A stretch of DNA of 63,498 bases, filler included, from Ferroacidibacillus organovorans (GCF_001642725.1; 3 parts of 3 records of this genome joined end to end with filler, not necessarily neighbours in it), one strand, 5' to 3'. Counted from the first letter of the whole stretch, positions 10,515-21,296 are shown. Notes: generated by a model not told the origin, from the sequence alone. A program made the numbers and translations.

Positions 10515-10600
10515 GTGGATCCCCCTTCGAGACAAGATTCGAAATGCACCCTTGTTGTTTGGTATGATGAGAGAAACGGATTGCCTCAAGGAGGGACATC

Positions 10601-11446
10601 ATGCCTTACTCACTCTGGCGCTCCGTGTTGGCAAACGGCATTCTGCTTCTCTTTGTGGCGCTGCTCACAAACGTGGCGAGTGGATTTTTCGCGCAGCTTC
10701 CCATGGCGATATGGTACCACCATCTCTTAAAATACGGTATCGCAATCCTCTTTAGCCTTATCGGAATCTGGCTGATCCGCCGCATCGGTCCACACGATAT
10801 GTTTCGCGCCCAACACGGCCCCGGCACGGGGGGAACGGCGCGCGCCATTGAACAGCGTCCACTGCTGATTGCCGCGCGGATCATTCGCTTTATCGGCTAT
10901 ACGATCGTTCTGCTCGTAGCGCTCAACACGTTTAGCATTGACGTACGCAGTCTATTGGTTGGCGGCGCACTGACGGGTGTCATTTTAGGAATTGCGGCAC
11001 AGTCTACCTTGTCCAATCTGTTTGCCGGGCTACTCTTGCTTACGCTTCGCCCATTCTCAGTCGGCCAGCAGATCAGCTTTCGCTCTTCTTTTTTCAGCTC
11101 CGTCGAGTATACGGGCGTAGTCGTTGACATGAACTGGTACTACACGGTCATCAAAGACAATGGACGTGAAGTAAAACTGCCAAATGCGGCGGTGATCGTC
11201 TCGGCAGTGATCGTTCATCACGGTCAAGAGAACCAAAAATTCACCTTTTCGGTTCCGCTCACTCTCCCGCTTGATTCGCTCGCAGAAGCGATCAAAACGA
11301 TCGCAGGACACGAACTACCCATGCGCATCACAGAGTTTTCGAGCAGCGGTTATAGCGTCGAAGTCACGTGTCCAGCAGACGTTCGGCCTGACCTTCTGCG
11401 CAGCGCCTTGCTTGAAGCCACGTCTGCGCTTCCGAAAGAAAGTTGA
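10601..11446 (+). CDS. Small-conductance mechanosensitive channel (MscS family)
   Basis: GIAAQSTLSNLFAG...RPFSVG, G.V.DMNWYYT, LPN motif. Confidence 0.88.
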   Translation: MPYSLWRSVLANGILLLFVALLTNVASGFFAQLPMAIWYHHLLKYGIAILFSLIGIWLIRRIGPHDMFRAQHGPGTGGTARAIEQRPLLIAARIIRFIGYTIVLLVALNTFSIDVRSLLVGGALTGVILGIAAQSTLSNLFAGLLLLTLRPFSVGQQISFRSSFFSSVEYTGVVVDMNWYYTVIKDNGREVKLPNAAVIVSAVIVHHGQENQKFTFSVPLTLPLDSLAEAIKTIAGHELPMRITEFSSSGYSVEVTCPADVRPDLLRSALLEATSALPKES

Positions 11447-11879
11447 GTTGTTCTTTCGGAAGGTCAGCAGGAAGTGCCGCGAGCGGCAGAAAACGAAAGT
11501 CGTCCACTTCTGCATTTGCGACAAACGGATCCTGCGCGTCAAACTCGCATAAAACAGCGATGTCAAGCGTCGCATACGCCTCTGTGACCGCGAGAATCGC
11601 GAGCGGTTTTACGCGGATTGCCGCCTCTTCGCGCAATTCGCGCACAGCCGTCTCATACGGTGATTCACCGCGTTCCTTTAAACCGCCTGGTAGTCGCCAG
11701 GCCCCTTTTTTCCGATACGTGTGGTGCAGAAGAAGCCATTTACCTTCTTCATTAAAGACCACAGCGACGACGCCGACGACATACTTTTTCTTGACGATGT
11801 AGATGATCAGGCGCGTCACAAAACCTGGTAAAACTTTGACTAGGTTGACAGCCCATCTCTTTTGCCATGTATCGTCCAC
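11364..11879 (-). CDS. NUDIX hydrolase
   Basis: Nudix box PGGLKERGESPYETAVRELREEA. Confidence 0.88.
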   Translation of the reverse strand: MDDTWQKRWAVNLVKVLPGFVTRLIIYIVKKKYVVGVVAVVFNEEGKWLLLHHTYRKKGAWRLPGGLKERGESPYETAVRELREEAAIRVKPLAILAVTEAYATLDIAVLCEFDAQDPFVANAEVDDFRFLPLAALPADLPKEQLNFLSEAQTWLQARRCAEGQAERLLDT

Positions 11880-11998
11880 TTACAAATTCCACCTTTATGG
11901 GGACTGCGTGTGGATTGCGCAGGGCATGTCCCGTATACTAACGTTGCAACAAAGCCGCACGTAAGCGATGTGAGGATTTTTGACGCAGGAGGTTACCC

Positions 11999-12400
11999 GT
12001 GACAAAACGTTATTACAGCTTGCGCGAAGCGAATGACCTCCTTCCCGCGCTGCGCGAACAGATTGCAGAATTAAAACGAACGCGCGAAGAAATCACCATT
12101 CGTCGCTTATCCATCGAACGCAAAAAGCGGGAGATAAAATCGGTTGCGCCAGACGAATTTTTCTTAGAAGAGGCAGAAATCGAGTTCATGCTGATCACTG
12201 CGCGGCAGCAGATTGACCACCTCGAAGCGCAGAGTATCTTCATTAAAGACATTGACGCAGGACTCATCGATTTTCTCACGAGAATAGGCGGACGCGACGG
12301 CTATCTCTGTTGGCGAAACGGCGAACCGAGCATCCGCTTCTGGCATGGAATCGAAGAAGGATTCTCAAGTCGCAAACCACTCTATGATCAAGGCGTCTAA
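11999..12400 (+). CDS. DUF2203 family protein
   Basis: YSLREANDLLP, IKDIDAGLIDF, YLCWRNGE..I.FWH..EEGF..RKP. Confidence 0.85.
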   Translation: MTKRYYSLREANDLLPALREQIAELKRTREEITIRRLSIERKKREIKSVAPDEFFLEEAEIEFMLITARQQIDHLEAQSIFIKDIDAGLIDFLTRIGGRDGYLCWRNGEPSIRFWHGIEEGFSSRKPLYDQGV

Positions 12401-12466
12401 TTCGAAAAGGTCATAGGAAGATCGTGGCCTCTTTCGGATTCCTTCTCCCTGACCTTGACACAAGAT

Positions 12467-13564
12467 TTACCCGTTCTTTTGCGCAAAATCGCGCATCAAG
12501 TCGCATAACGCGACAGACGCTGCACGCGGAACCGCGTTATATGTCGAGGCACGGCAACCACCCACCGAGCGATGCCCTGCGAGTCCGAGGAATCCTTCCT
12601 GAACGGAGCGAGCGACAAACGCCTTTTCGAGTTCCGGCGTAGGCAAGCGAAACGTAATATTCATGAGGGAGCGGCTATCTTGTGCGGCGTGTCCGCGATA
12701 AAACCCTTCGCTCCGATCGATCACATCATAAATCAGTGCGGCCTTTTCCGCATTGTTGCGCGCGAGTGCGTCGACGCTACCCTGTCTCTTTGCCCACTGC
12801 AGCACGAGCGATAGAACATAAATGCCAAACGTCGGCGGTGTGTTATAGAGCGAGCGACTTTTCACGTGCGTTTCGTAGCGAAGCATTGTAGGGACGTCTC
12901 TGTCTGCGCGTGCCAAAAAGTCCTTTTTGGCAATCACCACCGTGACGCCGGACGGACCCAAGTTCTTCTGAGCGCCTGCATAAATCATCGCAAACTTTGA
13001 AACATCTACCTGACGGGAGAGAATGTCGCTCGACATGTCTGCGACAAGTGGCGTGCCATTGCCTTCTGGCAGCGTCGCCCACTGCGTTCCATAAATGGTG
13101 TTATTGCTTGTGACATGCAGATACGCATCCGCTGCGTCATACACGATTTCCCCGGGGTTTGGAATACGCTGATAGTTTCCCTCTTTAGCGCTCGCGGCGA
13201 TGCGCGTCTTTCCGAAGCGGCGCGCCTCTTCCTCCGCCTTTTCCGACCAAGATCCCGTCAGCAAAAAACCTGCTTGCTGATCCTTTGCGAGAAAATTCAT
13301 CGGTATCATCGCGAATTGCAAGCTCGCCCCACCTTGAAGGAAGAGCACCTCATGCTCATCTGAAATCTGCATCAGTTCTCGTAGATCGCTGATCGCGCGA
13401 TCGTGAACATCTTCATACACTTTCCCGCGATGACTCATCTCCATGATCGAGAGACCGTGTCCCTGAAAATCGACGAGATGCTCTTTCACTTCTTCGAGGA
13501 CCTCTGTCGGCAGCGCAGATGGCCCCGCATTAAAATTATACGTATGTGCTCGTCGGTCTCCCAC
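12467..13564 (-). CDS. serC: Phosphoserine aminotransferase
   Basis: NFNAGPSALP, MEMSHR, GGASLQF, AGAQKNLGPSG, GHRSVGG.RAS.YNA. Confidence 0.97.
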   Translation of the reverse strand: MGDRRAHTYNFNAGPSALPTEVLEEVKEHLVDFQGHGLSIMEMSHRGKVYEDVHDRAISDLRELMQISDEHEVLFLQGGASLQFAMIPMNFLAKDQQAGFLLTGSWSEKAEEEARRFGKTRIAASAKEGNYQRIPNPGEIVYDAADAYLHVTSNNTIYGTQWATLPEGNGTPLVADMSSDILSRQVDVSKFAMIYAGAQKNLGPSGVTVVIAKKDFLARADRDVPTMLRYETHVKSRSLYNTPPTFGIYVLSLVLQWAKRQGSVDALARNNAEKAALIYDVIDRSEGFYRGHAAQDSRSLMNITFRLPTPELEKAFVARSVQEGFLGLAGHRSVGGCRASTYNAVPRAASVALCDLMRDFAQKNG

Positions 13565-13636
13565 CGCTGATCTCTCCCTTATTCCCTGCTCCCTCGTATT
13601 CCATGCATTATACTATAAACTCTCCGCAAGCAAAGC

Positions 13637-13668
13637 AAAAACCCGGAGCGCGCAGACCGCTTCGGGTT
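13637..13668 (-). terminator. Rho-independent terminator at the end of the relA-dtd-MBL run
   Basis: Minus strand aacccgaagcg-N7-cgctccgggt-ttttt. Confidence 0.7.
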
Positions 13669-13686
13669 CCCATTTTACATCACGCC

Positions 13687-13923
13687 TTACATCGGACCGC
13701 TGCCAGACGAGATCTCCAGACGGTCGACTGCAATGCGACGATAGAACATCTCTCTCACGCGCGTTGCATCCGATTGCAGGTGGTGTATGCGCACATGGCG
13801 CATCATCGCCATGGGAATCACGACCGTTTCGGCAGATCCAGTCGCGAGTTCCATCAGTTTTTGTCTCAACTCATCTGTCATGGCGAGTTCTACATGAAGA
13901 TGACCAATACGGCTGCGTTGCAC
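13687..13923 (-). CDS. Small hypothetical protein
   Basis: 78-aa ORF with AAAGGGGAG RBS, co-oriented with the operon and followed by a terminator. Confidence 0.55.
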   Translation of the reverse strand: MQRSRIGHLHVELAMTDELRQKLMELATGSAETVVIPMAMMRHVRIHHLQSDATRVREMFYRRIAVDRLEISSGSGPM

Positions 13924-13986
13924 GAGGCGTCTCCCCTTTCTCGCTTTCCTCTACACCATACGCCGGAGAAAGCGGGCTGGTGCCCG

Positions 13987-14625
13987 TTATACACGCCCAA
14001 ATTGGAAGAAAGGATTGACTTGGCGCTCTTCACCTATCGTCGTATCAACGCCGTGACCGGGATAGACGGTCGTCTCATCGGGGAGCGGCCATAACACCTC
14101 ACGAAGCGCGCGCTGCAAATCAGCCGGATTCGAGTAAGGCAAGTCCGTTCGTCCAATCGAGCCAGCAAACAAGGTGTCGCCAGAGATCAGTACACCTTCT
14201 CGCGGTTCATAAAAGCATAAGCTGCCTGGGCTGTGCCCCGGAACGAGAAGAGCCGTAAAGCGATACGGCCCGACTTTGATCTCCTCGTCGTTTTTTATGT
14301 AGCGATCCGGTTCCCGACAGGTGACGGTAACTCCGAAAAATGCCTTTCCCCGCTCGGGTGCCGCTTTCAAAACGGGCAGTTCATTTTCGTGCGTATAAAG
14401 CGCCACGCCATACGTTTCGCGCGCGTCGTCATTGCCAAGGACGTGGTCGATGTGACAATGCGTATTGATGATCGCTGTGACATTCAACTGATTCTGCGCA
14501 ATATACGCATAGACAGGAGACATGTCCGTGCTTGACGGATCGATCAGCAGGACATCACCGCCGGGTACGCCTACAATGTACGTATTTGTATCAAAAGCAT
14601 TCATTGAAAAAGATTGAATGAGCAT
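13987..14625 (-). CDS. MBL-fold metallohydrolase (glyoxalase II/YcbL-like)
   Basis: THCHIDH, PGHSPG, GDTLFAGSIGRTD, PGHG. Confidence 0.92.
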   Translation of the reverse strand: MLIQSFSMNAFDTNTYIVGVPGGDVLLIDPSSTDMSPVYAYIAQNQLNVTAIINTHCHIDHVLGNDDARETYGVALYTHENELPVLKAAPERGKAFFGVTVTCREPDRYIKNDEEIKVGPYRFTALLVPGHSPGSLCFYEPREGVLISGDTLFAGSIGRTDLPYSNPADLQRALREVLWPLPDETTVYPGHGVDTTIGEERQVNPFFQFGRV

Positions 14626-14703
14626 GGAATAAGGCTCCTCTCAGCGATTGCGTCTTCGCGCGTTTCTCAAAAACTACGGAGGGTGTGCGCGAACGCTTTT
14701 AGG

Positions 14704-15150
14704 TTAGAGGTGTGCCGTGTCAAGCACGATCGTCACCGGTCCGTCATTGATGAGTTCAACATCCATCATCGCACCGAACTGACCAGTGCGCACGATTAAG
14801 CCTGATTGAGCCAGCAATTCATTGAAACGTTCATAGAGTGGCAACGCCTTTTCCGGTCGCGCCGCGTCGATAAAACTGGGGCGACGACCTTTACGCGCGT
14901 CAGCGTACAAGGTGAACTGCGAAACGGAGAGAATGTGGCCGCCCACATCGAGCAAAGAGTCATTCATCTTTCCGTCAGGGTCTTCAAAAATACGGAGATT
15001 GAGAATTTTGTCTGCAAGATACGTCAAATCAGGTTCCGCATCCGTGTGCGTAAACCCAACGAGAAGCACAACACCGCGGTCAATTTCTCCGACCGTTCGC
15101 CCCGCGACCGTAACGCGCCCGCGTCGCACACGCTGCAGTACCACACGCAT
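14704..15150 (-). CDS. dtd: D-aminoacyl-tRNA deacylase
   Basis: [25 protein letters not shown]; follows relA. Confidence 0.97.
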   Translation of the reverse strand: MRVVLQRVRRGRVTVAGRTVGEIDRGVVLLVGFTHTDAEPDLTYLADKILNLRIFEDPDGKMNDSLLDVGGHILSVSQFTLYADARKGRRPSFIDAARPEKALPLYERFNELLAQSGLIVRTGQFGAMMDVELINDGPVTIVLDTAHL

Positions 15151-15212
15151 TCGTCCGATCACTCCCCTCTAGGCTCAACTTTCTCTGTGCACATTCGCGC
15201 TTGCGAACGGTT

Positions 15213-17537
15213 TTATTGAATGACACGCCGCACCGCATAAATATCTTTGACACGTTTAATACGGTCGACGACCGCTTTGAGATGTTCTGTGTTGCGAATC
15301 GCAATGCTCAAGTGGATCGTTGCCATCTTTCGCGAATCCGCTTTTCCTGTCACCGCAGTGATATCTGTGCGCGTCTCGACCACAGCATTCATCACTTCAT
15401 TGATCAATCCGCGGCGATCGAGCGCCGTCACTTCAATATCCACATTGTAAGCCTGACTGGACGTAACGTCCCACTCGACTTCAATGATGCGATTTCCTTC
15501 TTCCACCATCGCGAGTACGTTTGGACAATCGGTGCGATGCACCGAAACCCCGCGCCCACGCGTCACAAACCCTACAATCTCATCTCCGGGAACCGGATTG
15601 CAACATTTTGAAAAACGTATTAAAAGATTGTCGATTCCACGAACGTGCACGCCGATCGGCGTTTTCGACTGAACGCGCTTTTTTTGTTCACGCTCGCGGT
15701 CTGCGACAAGCGGTGTGACAGGGAGTTCCCCGATCGAATCGATGATCGCTTCCTCTTTACGCATGCGATCGAGAATGCGCGTCATGATTTGCGTCGCAGA
15801 CAGTGCGCCGTGGCCGACTGCCGCAAAGAGATCATCCGGTTTAGAAAAATTGAACTTTGTCATCGCTTCACTGAGATGTGTCGCGATCACCGTATGCGGA
15901 TCGAGCTTGTGCTTGGCGATCTCCCGCTCAAGAAGTTCTCGCCCCTTTTCCACATTCTCATCGCGCCGCTCCCGCTTGAACCACATGCGAATCTTTGCGC
16001 GCGCCTGAGAGGATTGCGCGATTTTCAACCAGTCCTGGCTTGGGCCGTACGACAGCTTTGATGTGAGGATCTCGACGATATCTCCCGTGCGAAGTCGCGT
16101 GTCAAGGGTGACAATGCGCCCGTTCACTTTTGCGCCGACACAGCGGTTCCCCACATCGGTGTGAATGCGATACGCAAAGTCGATCGGACAAGACCCTGCC
16201 GGGAGTTCGATCACCTGTCCTTTCGGAGTAAAAACGAATACCTCATCCGAGAACAGATCAACTTTCAGCGTTTCCATAAACTCCTGCGCATCGCGAAAAT
16301 CCTGTTGCCACTCCACCATCTCGCGAAACCAGGCCAATTTTTGCGCAATCGACCCGCTCGGATCGTTCGGATCGACGCGTGTGCTGTCTTTCCCCTTTTC
16401 CGTCGACGTTTTTTCCGCAGGAACTTTGTCATGCACTTTATCTGACGCTTTCTCTGCATACCCTTGTTCTTTGTAGATCCAGTGCGCCGCAATCCCATAC
16501 TCTGCCGTGCGGTGCATCTCCCACGTGCGGATCTGAATCTCCACGGGTTCGCCGTTTGGTCCAATCACCGTCGTGTGCAGGCTCTGGTAGAGATTAGCCT
16601 TTGGCATTGCAATATAATCCTTAAATCGCCCCGGAACGGGTTTCCACATGGTGTGAACAATGCCGAGCACGGCGTAACAGTCTTTGACCGAATCAACAAT
16701 GACGCGCACAGCGAACAAATCATAGATCTCGTTGAATTCTTTATGAAGTTCGGTCATCTTGCGATAAATGCTATAGATATGTTTCGCGCGACCACCGAGA
16801 TCTGCGTGAACAGAGAGTTCGACAAGCTTTGAGCGCAAGTCGTCGATCACCTTTTGTACATACGTCTCGCGCGCCTCGCGCTTCTTGTCCATAAAATGCG
16901 CAATTCTGTAGTAATAGCTTGGATCAAGATAGCGGAGCGAAATGTCTTCGAGCTCCCACTTAATCGTGGAAAGTCCGAGACGATGCGCGAGCGGTGCGAA
17001 GATTTCGAGCGTCTCTTCGGCCGTTTTGCGTTGCTTCTCTGGAGGCCGATACTTCAGCGTGCGCATATTGTGAAGGCGATCGGCGAGCCGAATGAGCGCG
17101 ACGCGAACATCTTTTGCCATCGCCAAAAACATCTTTCGCAAGTTTTCCGCTTGTTGTTGTTCACGGCTTTCAAAACGCAGCCGTTTGAGCTTTGTCACAC
17201 CGTCGACAAGGCTGCGAATCTCACCGCCAAACTGATTGGCAAGCTCTTCATCTGTGACCTTCGTGTCTTCCACTACATCATGAAGGAGCGCCGCCGCAAG
17301 TGTGCGCGCGTCGAGATGAAGATCTGCCAAGATTTCTGCCACGGCGAGCGGATGCGTGATATAATCCGCGCCCGAACTCCGCTTTTGTCCATCGTGATGG
17401 AGTGCGGCATAGTAATACGCACGCGTAAGCAGCGCGCGCTCCGCCTCGTTCAGATACGGTGCCTTCTCAAAAAGCGATGTGACAGGCGAGGACGCATCAG
17501 ATGCTTCAAGCTCAATCTCCGAGCTCATCCATTCCAA
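15213..17537 (-). CDS. relA: Bifunctional (p)ppGpp synthetase/hydrolase Rel
   Basis: LHDVVEDT (HD), ADRLHNMRTL, YQSLHTT, EIQIRT, TGS, CCNPVPGD, ACT. Confidence 0.98.
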   Translation of the reverse strand: MEWMSSEIELEASDASSPVTSLFEKAPYLNEAERALLTRAYYYAALHHDGQKRSSGADYITHPLAVAEILADLHLDARTLAAALLHDVVEDTKVTDEELANQFGGEIRSLVDGVTKLKRLRFESREQQQAENLRKMFLAMAKDVRVALIRLADRLHNMRTLKYRPPEKQRKTAEETLEIFAPLAHRLGLSTIKWELEDISLRYLDPSYYYRIAHFMDKKREARETYVQKVIDDLRSKLVELSVHADLGGRAKHIYSIYRKMTELHKEFNEIYDLFAVRVIVDSVKDCYAVLGIVHTMWKPVPGRFKDYIAMPKANLYQSLHTTVIGPNGEPVEIQIRTWEMHRTAEYGIAAHWIYKEQGYAEKASDKVHDKVPAEKTSTEKGKDSTRVDPNDPSGSIAQKLAWFREMVEWQQDFRDAQEFMETLKVDLFSDEVFVFTPKGQVIELPAGSCPIDFAYRIHTDVGNRCVGAKVNGRIVTLDTRLRTGDIVEILTSKLSYGPSQDWLKIAQSSQARAKIRMWFKRERRDENVEKGRELLEREIAKHKLDPHTVIATHLSEAMTKFNFSKPDDLFAAVGHGALSATQIMTRILDRMRKEEAIIDSIGELPVTPLVADREREQKKRVQSKTPIGVHVRGIDNLLIRFSKCCNPVPGDEIVGFVTRGRGVSVHRTDCPNVLAMVEEGNRIIEVEWDVTSSQAYNVDIEVTALDRRGLINEVMNAVVETRTDITAVTGKADSRKMATIHLSIAIRNTEHLKAVVDRIKRVKDIYAVRRVIQ

Positions 17538-17540
17538 CTC

Positions 17541-18068
17541 CTACGCGTACGTTATGAGCGTTTGAATCGGGTACCCCTCTAAGGTATCTCTACCTTTGAG
17601 ATAGCCCAGTTCAATAAGAAATGCGAGTCCGACCACCGTACCTTGCAACTGCGAAACGAGCTCGATTGTCGTGCGAATCGTTCCCCCTGTTGCGAGCAGA
17701 TCATCGACGATCAGGACGCGTTCACCCGGTACAATCGCATCCTTGTGAATTTCAAGACCGTCTTTTCCATACTCTAGGTCATAGGTTCGATTGAGCGTTT
17801 CTGAAGGCAGTTTGCCCGGCTTTCGAATAGGGACAAATCCCACACCAAGCGCATAGGCAAGTGGTGCGCCAATCACAAAACCGCGCGCCTCAGGCCCCAC
17901 GACGTGATCGATCTTGAGTCCTTGTGCACGCTCAGCCAATTGGTCAATCGCATAGCGAAACGCGGCTTTATCTCGCAAAAGGGTGGTGATGTCTTTAAAG
18001 CGAATTCCCGGTTCTGGAAAGTCTTCGATGACGCGAACATACTCTTTTAAGTTCAATGATTTTGGCAC
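17541..18068 (-). CDS. apt: Adenine phosphoribosyltransferase
   Basis: [37 protein letters not shown]. Confidence 0.97.
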   Translation of the reverse strand: MPKSLNLKEYVRVIEDFPEPGIRFKDITTLLRDKAAFRYAIDQLAERAQGLKIDHVVGPEARGFVIGAPLAYALGVGFVPIRKPGKLPSETLNRTYDLEYGKDGLEIHKDAIVPGERVLIVDDLLATGGTIRTTIELVSQLQGTVVGLAFLIELGYLKGRDTLEGYPIQTLITYA

Positions 18069-18138
18069 CTCAATGTTGGTTAACGTATACCTTCATTATA
18101 CGCATCCCGCATCCGCTCTCGCAATTGCAGCCATTTGC

Positions 18139-19029
18139 CTAGTGGGGCGGTCGCTCGTTATAGGGATTGATATGGATTAGCACATCGCGCAGTTCTTCAT
18201 GTTTTTCTAAAAGTCGATCTTTCACGCGATGTCCGATGGCATGCCCCTGCAAGACGGTGATCGTCGGATCGACACTGATGCGTACCTCAGCAATTCCGTA
18301 GGGTCCCGACTTTCTGACGCGTAGATCATCGACGCGCAGTACACCGTCCACCGTGCGCGCAGACGAAATCATCCCTTCTGTCGCCCGCTCATCGAGCACC
18401 TCGTCAAGCAGCAGCTTGTAAGATTCCGCCGCCAGTTGATAGCCCATGCGCACAACGACGAGCGCCACAAAAAGCCCCGCGATCGGGTCTGCCAACTCCA
18501 AAAGCGGATGGTGCAGCCACTCACCAAGCAGCGCGACAGCGATGCCAAGCGCGGCAAAAAGGGACGACCACACATCGGCGCGGTGATCCTTTGCGCCAGC
18601 GATGAGCGCTGGCGAGTGATCTCGCTGGCCGAGTTTCATCTGCACGCGATAGAGCACCTCTTTGACGAGCGCTGCGGCGAGCGCGACATACAGTGCGACG
18701 GAGCTTGGGGCGCTCAAAGGAAGAAAGAAGGTGCGCACAGAGGTATAGACGACCTCAAGGCCCGCCAAGATGAGCAGGATGGCAACCAAACTGGCTGCGA
18801 TCACCTCTGCCTTCCCGTGACCGTAGGGATGGTCATTATCGGCAGGTCTGCGCGCGACTTGCACACCGATGAGCACGGCGATCGAACCTGCCACATCGCT
18901 CGCACTGTGTGCCGCGTCAGCGATCAACGCCTCAGAGTGTGCCGCGAACCCGAAAAATGACTTTACGAGCGTGAGTGCGATATTGACGACAAGGCTTACA
19001 TACGCCTGGCGTTGTGCAGGTTTATCCAC
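18139..19029 (-). CDS. Cation diffusion facilitator transporter (FieF-like)
   Basis: ALIADAAHSASD, HPYGHGKAE, DHRADV, IHINP. Confidence 0.92.
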   Translation of the reverse strand: MDKPAQRQAYVSLVVNIALTLVKSFFGFAAHSEALIADAAHSASDVAGSIAVLIGVQVARRPADNDHPYGHGKAEVIAASLVAILLILAGLEVVYTSVRTFFLPLSAPSSVALYVALAAALVKEVLYRVQMKLGQRDHSPALIAGAKDHRADVWSSLFAALGIAVALLGEWLHHPLLELADPIAGLFVALVVVRMGYQLAAESYKLLLDEVLDERATEGMISSARTVDGVLRVDDLRVRKSGPYGIAEVRISVDPTITVLQGHAIGHRVKDRLLEKHEELRDVLIHINPYNERPPH

Positions 19030-19067
19030 TGTTCATCCCCCCTCCTCTAGGATGCCTCTTTCCGCCG

Positions 19068-19109
19068 AAAAAAGAACCGGCTAGCAACGGCGATCCGTTG
19101 TTAACCGGT
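19068..19109 (-). terminator. Rho-independent terminator after secF
   Basis: Minus strand accggttaacaacgg-atcg-ccgttgctagccggt-tctttttt. Confidence 0.75.
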
Positions 19110-19122
19110 AAATTGCGCACAA

Positions 19123-20019
19123 TCAAGCAGCTTTTTGCTCACGGCGCAGCGAGCGCGAGCGCCATACAACCCAAATGGGGCTTGCGATGAAAATTGACGA
19201 GTACGCCCCGCTAATCAAACCGACCAGTAGCGCGAAGCAGAAATTGTGAATCGGATCTCCGCCAAAGAAATAAAGCATGATCGCAGCAAAAAGAACGGTC
19301 AATACCGTATTGATCGAGCGGGTCATCGTCTGCCAGAGCGAGTGATCGACCAATTGTTCCAGATCGGCGAGGCTCTTTAGCTTGGCGCCTTTCAGATTCT
19401 CTCGAATGCGATCAAAAATGACGATCGTGTCATTGATCGAGTAGCCGACGATCGTAAGCACCGCCGCGATAAAGGGGAGGTCTACAGGAATGCGCAACAG
19501 CGCAAACACCGAGATGACGATAAACGCGTCGTGCAAGAGCGCGATGATGCCAGCGATGGCAAAGCGATACTCAAACCGCAGCGCCACGTACACAACAATT
19601 CCGATGGATGCGAAAACAATCGCCCACACCGCAGTTTGCGACTGCTCCTGCGCAATGATCGGAGAAACGGAGTCGTACTGCGTTCCCACGTACCCTGGAA
19701 AGCTCGACTTTAAAATGTGATTGAGCGTGTTTTCTTGTTGGGCATTCAACTCATAACCAAGGCGGATAACCGCCATGCTGTTTTGTGTTCCAGCGGTGGT
19801 GATCGCACTTGCCCCGAGTGGCAGATTCGCTTTCGCAAAGGCGCCCGCGATCGCGCTCGTGTGAAACGTCTGCGTAAACTGCACTTGTACGCGGGAACCC
19901 GCCTTAAAATCCGTGCCTAGGTTGAGCCCAAACACGAGTGTGACAATCAGTCCAGCGACGGTGATCGCACCGGATAATAAGAAAAACCACTTTCTTCGAC
20001 GAACGATGTCAAACCTCAT
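19123..20019 (-). CDS. secF: Protein translocase subunit SecF
   Basis: LGTDFKAG, ALLHD, GYSINDTIVIFDRIREN, GAYSSIFIA; ATGA overlap with secD. Confidence 0.96.
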   Translation of the reverse strand: MRFDIVRRRKWFFLLSGAITVAGLIVTLVFGLNLGTDFKAGSRVQVQFTQTFHTSAIAGAFAKANLPLGASAITTAGTQNSMAVIRLGYELNAQQENTLNHILKSSFPGYVGTQYDSVSPIIAQEQSQTAVWAIVFASIGIVVYVALRFEYRFAIAGIIALLHDAFIVISVFALLRIPVDLPFIAAVLTIVGYSINDTIVIFDRIRENLKGAKLKSLADLEQLVDHSLWQTMTRSINTVLTVLFAAIMLYFFGGDPIHNFCFALLVGLISGAYSSIFIASPIWVVWRSRSLRREQKAA

Positions 20020-21242
20020 CGCTTCGCCACCTCCTTTGTCCTTGCGCCATAGAGCCATGGATTTTTGATGAGGTTAGTACGCGTAAGGAGCATCAGCAGT
20101 GATCTGCTTAGAAAGACTGCCGTGATGAGGCTGACGATAATGGAGGCGATCAACGCAACGGCAAACCCGCGCACGGAGCCTGTCCCATAACCGTACATCA
20201 CAATACCAGCAATGAGCGTTGTGACGTTCGAGTCGAGAATCGTGCGCAGCGCTTTGCGCTGTCCAGACACGACCGAGGATTGCAGCGACTTTCCGTTGCG
20301 CAATTCATCTTTGATCCGCTCATACGTGATGATGTTCGCGTCAACCGCCATGCCAATTCCGAGCACAAGCGCCGCGAGTCCTGTCAGTGTAAGCGTAATC
20401 GGAAAACCTGCAAACACGCCGAGCAAAAGCAGACTGTATGCCACGAGCGCGATGACTGCGACAAGTCCTGCGATCCTGTACATGAACAGCATAAAGAGAA
20501 AGATGAGAAGAATCGCGAGCGCCCCGGCAAGCAGTGTCGCGTGAAGCGCCGCGCGGCCGAGCGTCGGTCCGACCGATGAGGAAGAAAGTTCATGCAAAGG
20601 GAGCGGCAAGGCGCCTGCGTTAAGCAGATTCGCTAGATTGATCGCGTATTGAACGGACGGCATGTTTGAGATGACCGCTTTGCCGTTCGTGATCACAGAC
20701 TGAATCGTCGCGTTTTGAATCATCTTGCCGTTTAGCCAAATCTCCATTGGCTTGCCAAGATACGCCTTCGTGACGGACGCGAGGAGCGCAGGGTTTTTAA
20801 ACTGGAGAGAAACGTCCGGGTATCCATATGTAGGGTCCGACTCGTACGCCGCATTGTTCATCAAATCTTTTCCTGTCATCAGAACCTTTCCGGAGGCCGA
20901 TTTGAACTGCAGGTTCGCCTCGGCGGAGAGAAACTGGCGCGCAGACGTCTGATTGAACACACCAGCCAATTCAACGCGCACGCGGTTCCCATTGTCCACC
21001 TCGATGAGCGGATCGGCGACCCCTAGGGTGTTCACGCGGTTGGTGAGCGCCGAAATTGTTGAATTCAGATCGGCTGCCGTGATGTTCTGACCATTCCCAA
21101 TTTGATAGAGCACGTCAAATCCGCCCTGCAAATCCAATCCGAGCGGTATTTTGCTAAAAAGTTTTGGACCAACGCTAAAGGTCAGCCCGAAAATGATGAT
21201 TACAATAAGAATCCAGGTGGTGAAACGGCCCCACTTAATCAT
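20016..21242 (-). CDS. secD: Protein translocase subunit SecD
   Basis: LGLDLQGG, AGALP, SVGPTLG, GMAVDANIITYERIKDE. Confidence 0.96.
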   Translation of the reverse strand: MIKWGRFTTWILIVIIIFGLTFSVGPKLFSKIPLGLDLQGGFDVLYQIGNGQNITAADLNSTISALTNRVNTLGVADPLIEVDNGNRVRVELAGVFNQTSARQFLSAEANLQFKSASGKVLMTGKDLMNNAAYESDPTYGYPDVSLQFKNPALLASVTKAYLGKPMEIWLNGKMIQNATIQSVITNGKAVISNMPSVQYAINLANLLNAGALPLPLHELSSSSVGPTLGRAALHATLLAGALAILLIFLFMLFMYRIAGLVAVIALVAYSLLLLGVFAGFPITLTLTGLAALVLGIGMAVDANIITYERIKDELRNGKSLQSSVVSGQRKALRTILDSNVTTLIAGIVMYGYGTGSVRGFAVALIASIIVSLITAVFLSRSLLMLLTRTNLIKNPWLYGARTKEVAKR

Positions 21243-21296
21243 GATGTCCTCCCGAAACGCGCAATATGGGCAGTATAGTGTATCGTCTACCGCGAT

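Noticed and set aside
16340..16470. Charged insertion of about 30 aa in the Rel linker
   Set aside because: The synthetase-TGS linker is known to vary in length; catalytic motifs are normal.
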